Shown: one piece after another, positions 54,390 to 64,000 of the stretch
How the letters are laid out: each line of letters begins with the position of its first letter
Numbering within the stretch: the first letter of the stretch is position 1
Origin: Phoronis australis
Lineage: Eukaryota > Animalia > Phoronida
Reading direction: 5' to 3'
Assembly (NCBI GenBank): GCA_002633005.1
Contig: NMRA01000673.1
Span: 62,001 to 126,000 of the forward strand
Length of the DNA: 64,000 nt
Program-made: the position numbers and the translations under genes
The notes under the pieces: generated by a model
What the model was told of the DNA's origin: nothing
Seen by the model: only the letters and a program-made list of their open reading frames with translations
Database searches by the model: none

Positions 54390-55889
54390 GGCCACGAATG
54401 CATCGTAAATGGTGTCCTTTTAGGGTTATTTATTTGTATCACAAAAATGGCCACTGGATGGCGCAAAAACGTACAATCCATCGAAAAACGGGAACATGCC
54501 ATATTTCATAAAAATCTGTCAACGAAGTTGAGAGGAAAAAAAGGAAAACAGAATAAAATGAAATTGCCACATGTCGGCACAGCGTGCGTGGGGATCCGCC
54601 TGAAAGTCGTCGTCTGCTGTTATCTTCATATAAATAATACACTTACTAAATTTAATAAATAACCTGCAGTGGCTTTAGGAAATACAGGTATGGGCGCAGA
54701 AGAAAACAAAACAAAACTACCACTAGGAGGCGCCACAGTAGTAAGTCGCCATCATCAAACGTCCTCTTCACACTGAAAACCTATACGTCAATTTTCACAA
54801 CCATCCCGAGAATGATTTGGTTGATAGCTGGGTGGACGCCAAAAACAAGATTTGAAAACAGCAAAAATGGCCACTAAATGGCGCAAAATACCTCAATTCA
54901 ATCCAAAAACAGGAGTATAGCGTTATCTCACCAATAGATGCCTCTATTCAAAATTTTATGAAGATCTATTGCGGACAGATAACAGACTGGTAAACGTAAA
55001 AAACTAAAATTGCCACTAGGGGGCACACCAGTACTCAGATCCGTCTGAAAGTCGTCGTCGTCGTCCGTTGTCAACTTCACATAAATACACTTGCTAAATT
55101 AAGTAAAGATCCTGCAAACTGTTAAGGAGATGCAGCCATGAGCGCAAAAAAAAACAAAACTGCTACTAGGAGGCGCCACAGAAGTCGAAGTCATTGGAAA
55201 ATCATCGTCAGCCGTCCACTTCATAAAGAAAACATACAGTGTACATGACAATTTTCACAATTGTCGTGAAACAAATTGGGTTGATAGACGAGTTAACGCC
55301 AAAAAAAAAACTCGATAACAGTAAAAATGGCCACTAGGTGGTGCAAACTAGGTCGAATCCATATGAAAACCGAGAGATAGCGTCACCTTATTAACACATG
55401 CCTGTATGCCAAATTTTATGAAAATACGTTGCATACTAACGAATTTTCGCAATCATCATTTGAGCAGTTTGGGTGATAGAGGGGTGGACGCAAAAAATAA
55501 GACTCGGAAACACTAAACATGGACACTAGGTGGCGCAAGGTATGTCGAATCGATCCGAAAACGGGAAGATAGCGTCATCTCACTAATAGGTGCCTATATA
55601 CCAAATTTTATAAAAATCCTCTGAGGACTGTTGAAGATACAGAGGTAAACGTAAAAAAACTAAAATTGCCACTAGGGGGCAAGCCGGTAGTCGTACCCGT
55701 CCTAAAGTTCGCTCCTGCCGTCCCATCCAGGGAAAAACACATGTGCAAAATGTCATGAACATACTTAAAGGCGTTTTGGAGATAGAGCAGTGGACGCCGG
55801 ACACCGGACGCCGGACGGACGGATGGACGGACGGAGATGACGGCATAATGCGTACATATACATTTATAAATATGTGGATGCATAAAAAA
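54390..55889 (-). mobile_element. HINE-like element, copy 6 (hairpin end missing)
   Basis: Colinear internal repeats, GACG microsatellite, ...atgtggatgcataaaaaa end. Confidence 0.8.
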
Positions 55890-57472
55890 GAATGAATGTA
55901 GTAAGCCTACTGCACGTGTTTGTCCTTTCTTCCCCAACACAATTTTAAAGGGGCATATTTGATTTGCTCTGAAAGGCTCTTGTTAGTCTATTTTAAACGC
56001 CTGTATTAGTAGCCTACGGCAGAGCAGCATTGTAATTACTGAGCAGGTTTTTGTCCTGAATAAATTTGTCTTTCTACTGTGTACGTTCACATCATTCTCT
56101 GCGGCGACTTTTTCGTCCCGCACCTTTATTGATTCTTTACTCTCAATCCCCGTCCGATCTAGAGCGTGGAAAGATCATAATTATAATTCAACTATCCGAT
56201 TTTGCTGTCAGAAAATACAGGGTAAATCTAGTTTTCGAAACAAAAAACGTCTCCCAAAAGCTATTTTTCTGATATGACTTTCGTGTACTGCTAGTCGTCT
56301 GTTTACATTCCAATTGTACAGTAGTTAGGTAAAATGAGCAATAACCGAAGACAATAAACAAAATGGTATAGGTTCCCTTTCTTCTTCAAAAACAACTTTT
56401 TGTTGTGTTCTAGTTCTGTCAGTCCTCCCAATAAATATTTCTTTTTCAGAATTTGACAAAGCTCTCTTCAAGTAATTGTCATTCTTACGGGCAACGAAAC
56501 TTGCAAATACTGTTTATTTCTTATATTAGGTAACAACTGTTATAACAAATACGTTTTTAAGGGTATTTCCATAACTAACACCCACCGCAATTCATGGGCA
56601 CAGGCATTATCGCGTGACCCAAAGCATTTTAGTTCACATACATGTACCTAATCTCTTCTCAGGCAATAGTTTTTTTCTAAAAGCTATCAATCTCCACTCA
56701 CCAAATAGTTGTCTAAATCGTGTTCACGCCATGGAGCACCACGCACTCCCTCAAAAACGAGAGCCAATACCAGAACCAAAAACATGTACACCTTACCCCA
56801 CGCCATGTCTAAGCTGAAGTGTGGCAGGCTGCTGAATTATTCGGGATTACTTTTTGGCTAGAAGAATAGCTCGCGGCCTCGTTGACAACGATACTAAAGA
56901 GAAGTAAAGGTCTATTGTCAACAGACAATGTTCGTTTAGGTCAGCCCCCATAAGCACACAGACCACAAGCATTCAGGGTTTTGACAGGCAAGTAAGAGTA
57001 TTATCCACGAGACCGAAATAAAAAGCGAAAGGATCGTGGCAGAATCTCAGGGGTTACAGGCATCTACTCTGCTGTGAGGGAAATAAACATGATAATTACG
57101 CCTGGTCTGACAATGGAACTACATTTTCGTGAATGGTGAGATGCCTTGAACGTCAACACAACATTCATATAAGAAACTTTTTTTTCGTCTGCCAAATTTA
57201 CGATTCAATAACACCCCTCGAATTAAGTTTATACGATACAACACTTTGGATACAAGTCTGTTTAGTTAACCCAAAATCTACAGAATTAGATGGTTCTTGA
57301 AGAGCACAGTTGAGTCCTTGAACGTACCTGCCGTTTATTGGGGACAAATAAAACAACAAAAATAATGTTATAATTTAAATTGTATTGGGAATTTCATGGT
57401 TACAGCTCAACAAATTAATATTTCACAGAAGGAACAAGATGGGTTCCTTAATTACAAGAGATAACACACACG

Positions 57473-57712
57473 TTTCCGATACCCAAAGTGTAATTGAGTA
57501 TCGGATACTAAGTGGCACAGGTTAGCATAGTACCAAATGGGTACATAATACCAAATGGGTATTGGCGGATTGCCTACCAACTGGGTCGAGCAAAACGGAA
57601 AATCCAAAAACATGTACATGTACCAAGTGGGTACAAACTGCCGAATGGGCAAATATCATATAAAGTACCAAGTGGATACACCAAACAGCCAACTGGGCTA
57701 TACATGTAACAA
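57473..57712. repeat. Array of short TACCAA(A/G/C)TGGGT motifs, probably a subterminal-repeat array of a non-autonomous transposon
   Basis: About 7 imperfect copies, preceded by the hairpin tccgatacc...gagtatcgga. Confidence 0.5.
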
Positions 57713-60379
57713 CCTGCAAAGCAGGGTTCCGGACAAGCTGAGGGAGCAGACCAGCCGGAGTGATAAAAAGAGACATTGTAAGGAATCTGGTGTTGTGGCT
57801 CAGTATGTGCCACATGGGCAGGGTTGTTCATGGATGAACAATCCTGTCCACCACCACACCAGCTTCCTGTTGGCCCAGCCTCAAGCAGCAGTACAATCAC
57901 TCGTAAGTTTTCCTAATTAGACAATTTTATTCGTAGTAGACTCCTTCTGTTTTTCTTTAATTGTCCTGGACACAAGTTACTTCCCGTATTTATTACATTT
58001 AGCCACAGATGGCTTTCCTAACGGCCGATTTCTTTCTATTCCAGTATCCCTCAAACCCAAACCAATCCCTCACCAACACTCGGCAGCGCCTCCGTTCATG
58101 ACCCTGGTTCCAAACAACCACTTCCCTGGGTATAAGTGGGATATGTTGCGGCAATCCCCGTCTGCTTTGAGGGAGGAGACCCAGCGGCGAGATACAAAGG
58201 TTATCAATGGGGCGGGTAGGACAGGGCCTGCCATGCGACCCAGGTCCCATTCTATTATGAGTTTGTCCGAGTTACTGATATCGGAGGTTTCTTGCTGTGC
58301 TGTTGTTTTTCGTGCCCGTGCATTGTAACCTAAAGCTCTTTTAAGCCTTGAACAAGGAGTGAAGCACTGTTGGGGTCTGGGTACCATAGAAAGTGTTTGA
58401 GTGCCAGCGGTTTGACAAGCGTGTGAGCTAGGCTCCAGACGTAAATGTACATGTACTGATAATTAGGGTGCATGGTCGATACTGGAATTACATAAAACTA
58501 GACGTACATGTACTAGGTACTATTCCAACAGGACAGGAAGTAATATTGATGTAAACGAATGGGATTTACAATGGTTGAGACCTAGAAGGGAATCTATCGC
58601 ATATCGCGGCGGAGCCTGGTGTGGTAAAGCTCTAAAGCACCGCGTTTCACCCCGAAGTGTCCTGATACAGCGCACAACCATTTCTGTGGGTTTATCAGCA
58701 GCTCAAAAAGAAAACAGAAACTTTTCTTCGGATGTCACTTCTATATTTTATTCGACCTCGGAAATACCGTACCTTACACTTTGAATATCTTGTTTGTTGA
58801 GGCCTTTTCAAGTACAGTGTACTTCGCCTCTGGCCCTTAGCGCGTACAAATGTTTATCTACGCTTTTGACTCGCATACATGTAGTTCCTTCCGTTTAAAA
58901 AGATAAGAAAATACTTTGAATCAAAAAATAAACAACAGAAATCAAAAACATCAAAAAAATTACAAAATCAACATATAATAAAGATAAGAAAAAATAAAAC
59001 GTACATTATTTATAACGTTTAATCTCTCATACTACAATCTTTCTACAATTCGTCCTTAACGAACACGGATACAGAACGTGTAACACGTGCGTGTTTGTGG
59101 AAGGTATAACCATCAAATAACTAAGTCGCGGTCGAACCGCCGTTCAGCATTGATCGTAATGCGGTAGTCTTAAAAAGATCACAATAATTCTCGTGGAAAA
59201 TAGATGGAAAACTTTCCACGGGAGTAGTGGTGGATTCTCTACGCAAGTTACCGTGGTGCAAACCAAATGGGAAAGCATGCTCAGCGTTTAACGCATCCCA
59301 ACAAATCGTAAAGTATCGTGGGTCGTTCGGGGGGAAAGTGTCGCCTGTAATTACGGTGGAAATTACGATCGACACTTCGCCTGTGTTTTACGACAGAAAT
59401 CGTTCGTCCATACATGCATTTACGCATGTAATTACGACCGAGACTTTGCTTGTGTTTTGCGACCGTAATCGTCGATAAATCTTCGACGCACTCAGTAACA
59501 AAAGATTGGAGAGAAATGCCTTATCTTGAAATATAAAGAAAACACTTTAATAAATAAATCAAACAGTTGCTGCAATGCCGTGCATTTATCGACTGATAAG
59601 ATTACAAAATAGTAAAAATATTAAAAATATAACGACGAGAGTCGGTACTAATTAAAATATATCCCCACGTTTCGAACGATATGTACTGCATCCATACATG
59701 TATATTAGGCAGTCAGTATCATACCCTGGACAAAGAGCGCATGGCTCGAAACTAGGGTATATTTTAATATATTATAGTACCCACGCTCGTGGTTTTATTT
59801 TTACAGAAAACACCAAGTCATTGTATTCTGCATACATTTTATTAGCCTACAAATGTATCCGGGTACATGTTACCATTTCAATGTCTGGCACTTGACTGAG
59901 ACGCCCAGATGCTGGTTCTTGATAAGTTAGCTCTAATTCGGAAACTGTTAAAGACCAAAGTTTCGAGTACATATCATCACGTTAATCTTGATGTGTGGAT
60001 AAAGAAGAGTATAGCAATAGTTCCGTAACGGTATTGCAATGGAATACATCTTGTTTTCCCAGGCCCCTTTCAACAGAAACACAGGCCACATACATGTATC
60101 TTTTTTACAGGCGATTAGCTACGCCTTTTTATATGCATATACATGTACATGTACAGTAAGCAGACGTTGGAACCAAGTACATCTACATGTACATTTGAAT
60201 AGTTACTGCATGTACAGTATTCAATGGACAGTGAGTTTTAGCTTACTTGGACCGAGTTTTCGGGCCTGGTGCTGATGGGGTTAAGGATTAGCAAGACCGG
60301 GTAAAAAGTCCAACTCTAAATAAATAAACTAATTTCGAAACATCATATTTCAGAAATGCTTAATCCATGTTAGTCATTC

Positions 60380-61380
60380 ATCAAAGCGGAAAGAGGAGAA
60401 ATCAACACTCAGGCAACCACTACTGAATCCTCCTACTCGTGTTGTGATCCCCTACGTTCATGCATTGTCTGACCGCCTCAAAGAGACATTTTAACAGTTT
60501 GACATTTCTATCATCCACAAAGCATTTAATTCTCTACGCATCCTACTGGTTAATGTCAAGGACAACACTCCTGTGGCTAAAAAAATGGTGTAGTCTATCG
60601 TGTTCAGTGTAAGGACTCCTGGTGCTCAGACGGCTACATAGGTAAAACGAAACAGTCTTTAAAACGCGCATGTCACAACATCATCGTTTGTCGTTATCCA
60701 AATAGGAAATATCAAAGAGGAGAGGAGACAACATTCAGACAACCACCACTGCGAATTCTCCTACTCGTGTCTTGATTCCCTACGTTCGGGGACCGTCTGA
60801 CCTCCTCATGAGGACATTTAAACAGTTTGACACAGATATCTACAGTGTATCATCCTCAAACCGTTTGATTCTCTCCCCAGCCATCTGGTTAATGTCAGGG
60901 ACGAGAGTCCTTAAGGTAATAAATGATGTGCAGTCTATGGTTTTCAGTGTAAAGACCCCCAACGCTCACACAGCTATGAAAGTGAATAAACTTTAAAATG
61001 CGTACGACACATCATCCTCGCCTACTTATTACGAAGACACAAACGACTCGGCTATTTTGCGCCACTAATATATATGCGCCATTACACTTGATTTTAAAAC
61101 TGATAATGTCACTATCCTAGATTTTGAGGAAGATTGGTTCAGAGGTGTGTCCACGAAGCTCTCCACTAACGTATCGAGAGCCCCTCTCTGATAAACAAGA
61201 TGGATTAAGGTTCCATCAGCTCACTTATGGGATAGTGTTCCGAGCTCAATACCACGTCGTATGGTTAAAACGTCACCTATTAGCCAGAACGATAATAACA
61301 CCACTAATCAAGCTGAAGTCCGTGAGTGACGGACGCAACGTTGCTTAGTCAAGTAAGCAAACTCCAGTCTTAGACTCAAA
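60380..61380 (+). mobile_element. Two tandem 5'-truncated, decayed Penelope-like element fragments (GIY-YIG region plus 3' end)
   Basis: RVVIPYV linker twice (60438, 60766), then VVY.V.C...C...GYIGKT, ILDFEEDWFRG. Confidence 0.75.
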
Positions 61381-62239
61381 TTTTCTGTATTTTGTTCTCT
61401 TAATAAAAGTTATTGGCAATTATTCTTGATGTGATCAGTTTTGCATTGTAGACTAGCAAATAAATACGCCTTTATGTTTGTCATGAAAGTTAAAAGTTGC
61501 AAGAAATAAAAAGGAAACAACACTATAAAAATAGCAACGACATTCTGTGAGTTCTTTTTGAACTTTCAATAGAAATTAGTTAATATTCATGTAATGTTGT
61601 TTGGCTATCACCGCATATTTTCTTTATCCTGATTGCGATGCAGATACACTGTATCATGGGTCGGGACGTTACCCAACGAATGACAGATTAGCGAGAAGTC
61701 AAACATTGAACTCCGTCGGCTTGTCTACTGTTAGAAAATATGTACGTTTTTCTTTTCTAAAATAAAAGCTAGGCCTTGTAGAAAATGGACAAATTACACG
61801 ACTTTCCTTAAGGTTCTGCATAACCTTATACTTGATTTGAGATTATTTACCAAGTTTAGGGTACTGTTACCGAACCCGGAATTAAACCGTCACCTTATTC
61901 TAGAAAATATCTAGGTAACTAACCCCGGCTGTCAGCACGTTAATAGTTTGCAAAATTAGGGGTCCAGACAAATCTAAATCAGTTCCTATCATTCTCTACG
62001 TTGTGCCTTTGTCATTTTACCAGCATTTATAAAGTGTTATGCATTAAATTTTGAAAAAAATGCTTTAAAAATCCTGTCATTTTACTAGCACCGACATTTT
62101 TATTCGTGAGAATAGGCTTTTAGCACAACAATGAAAGTATTCAGAACGTTATTATAGAGTTAAAAGCATGAAACATTTGATACATCCAGTTGAGATAACA
62201 GATAAAATTCGAGTCTAACACTGGAATAAAACTTACTAA

Positions 62240-63180
62240 AATTAGCGAATTTTTGTCCGTATCTCATGTCACGTACTTCAGCTTGGCTTGTGACGTTATC
62301 ATTATTCTGGCCAATAGGTGGTGTTTTGACCAGGCGGCGCGGCTTTGACGTCATCCCACACGTGTGACAAATCGAATCTTAAACCACCCCATTTATTTAA
62401 AGAGGGACTCTCGATCCCCTCATGGAGAGCTTCCTTTACACCCTTTTTGAACCAATCTTCCTCAAAGTCTAGGAAAGCAACATCAACAGTAATGAAATCA
62501 TGTCCAGTGGCGCAAAGGTGGCTAAAAAAGCCGAATCATAAGTGTCCCCGTAACTACTGTAGGACAACGATGTTGTGGCATACGCATTTTATGGTCTGTT
62601 TCGTTTCGCCGATGTAGCTGCCTGAGCACTGATGATCCTTACACTGAACACCATAGACAACACATGATTGATTACCCCTGGGGGTCTTATCCTTGACATT
62701 AACCAGTTGGGTGCGGAGAGAATTGATCGGTTTGTGGAAGATAGAAATGTCAAACTGTTTGAATGTCCTCTTGAGGCAGTCAAAAAACCCTGGATATATG
62801 GAATCGCCACACGAATAGAAGAACTCACAGTGGTGGTTGTCTGAGTGCTTACTTTTCTCGTCTTTGTTCTTTTCGCTTTAGTGAACGCCAACCAACGTGG
62901 ACAACCGCATTTGGCAAGACCCTCTTTAGTGTAATTCAGTTCCTCAGAAATGACCGAAGGATGACAAATGATAGTGTTAGCTCCGTGGTTCAAAGTACGA
63001 GTCACACTCATCTTGTAGATGAGAGGATGGTTCCAGTCAAATTACACATAATGGTCCGCATGAGTACTCTTACGGTAAACCTTTGTGTCAAATGATCTGT
63101 CCTGTTTAATGAAGACTAAACGGTCCAGAAAAGATAGCTGCCATCTTTACAGGGTTTTTGAGTGAATTTGATATTATTGT
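62240..63180 (-). mobile_element. Penelope-like retroelement fragment (RT C-terminus, thumb, GIY-YIG endonuclease; pseudogenised)
   Basis: NIKFT..., LSFLD...TKVYRKSTHADHY...HP...KMSV.RTL, EEL....L.KCG.P.W, VAIPYIQG, VVYGVQC...C...YIGET. Confidence 0.85.
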
Positions 63181-63189
63181 CAAACTCAT

Positions 63190-64000
63190 TATTGAAACAG
63201 TCCATAAAAATGCGTGTTTGACAACATCGTCGTCCTACATGACAACGTTTTCCCGTTCAGTGACTTTACAAGACGTAGGGGGTTCTGAGCGTGTGATAAC
63301 ATCTAGCTTCTTTGTCAATTGCCCAGCACACTCTTTTGTCTGTTACGACAACAAACAGGTCAATTATCTACCAGGCTTATTACACTAGACCACGTGTGAA
63401 AACAGTCAAACTGAGAGTGGATTGGTGTATTCAGAAAGAATAGACTGTCGTAACTTCGGTTGCAGTTGGGCGATTATGTTCAAATATGTTATAACTTAAC
63501 TTTTATCTTTAACAGCACAACACATTGAGGGTAGATACGATCTTATTGGAGATTATAGCAATTATCGAACAAAAGAGAGCTGGCCCTCCAACCATCAATG
63601 CCAGAATGGAGTTAACCAGCCATGTAAAATATTGGCTACAGGGGTAAACTTCCCAACTTGTTGTTGGGCTATAGAATCGATCAAGTTTGGAGCAACGGGA
63701 AAACGCCGTAAGCTAGTTACGGGGAGACTTATGATTCGACTGTTTTCAGCCCATCTGTGCGCCACTGGTCATGATTTCAACAGTGATGATGTCACTATCC
63801 TAGACTGTGAGGAAGATTGGTTCAAAAGTCGTGTAAAGGAAGATCTCCATGAGCGCATCGAGAGTCCCTCTTTAAATTAAAGAGGTGGTTTAAGATTCGG
63901 TTTGTCACACGTATTGGATGATGTTCTGACGTCGCCCTCTGGCCAAAACGCCACCTATTGTCCAGAATAATGATAACGTCACAAGCCAAGCTGAAGTGTG
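63190..64000 (+). mobile_element. Inverted Penelope-like 3' segment (pLTR-like), interrupted by a MITE
   Basis: 63190-63240 and 63711-64000 are reverse complements of ~62277-62605. Confidence 0.8.
63238..63712. mobile_element. ~470-bp MITE nested in the Penelope segment
   Basis: TIRs gacaacgttttcccgtt / aacgggaaaacgccgta. Host sequence resumes directly after it. Confidence 0.65.

Noticed and set aside
57328-57397. Hydrophobic stretch IITLFLLFYLSPING before a CAG|gtacgt donor as the signal-peptide exon
   Set aside because: The nearby ATG is in another frame that hits TAA, and the hydrophobic frame has an upstream stop and no Met
57500-57712. Short repeats with variable spacers, superficially CRISPR-like
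   Set aside because: Repeats are only ~11 bp, degenerate and irregularly spaced, in a eukaryotic context with no cas genes
57720-58430. GC-richer stretch with several overlapping 80-120 aa ORFs
   Set aside because: No recognisable domain or splice pattern; possibly an old repeat

Overview
Eukaryotic, AT-rich invertebrate genomic DNA from a gapped assembly (N gap 30088-30811, single N at 28794). Almost all ORFs in the supplied track are spurious. The window is dominated by one large minus-strand gene, reconstructed by hand as 40 exons (53722 down to 2826) with consistent splice phases. It encodes a secreted astacin-family zinc metalloprotease: acidic propeptide (with a duplicated 159-bp exon), astacin domain (HELGHAMGFAHEQSRSDRD, Met-turn SDMHY), EGF-like, CUB, EGF, then at least 7 tandem MAM domains separated by Pro/Thr-rich linkers. 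The start codon was not located and the 3' end lies beyond position 1. MAM3-6 come from recent ~3.1-kb genomic duplications, and six MAM repeats share a GC-AG intron. The introns hold about six co-oriented copies of a Helentron-type non-autonomous element (HINE) whose internal ~145-bp repeats each carry a CTCF-consensus-like motif. MITEs, a decayed DNA-transposon relic, a CTG microsatellite and a cluster of Penelope-like retroelement fragments with a hammerhead-like 3' motif are also present.
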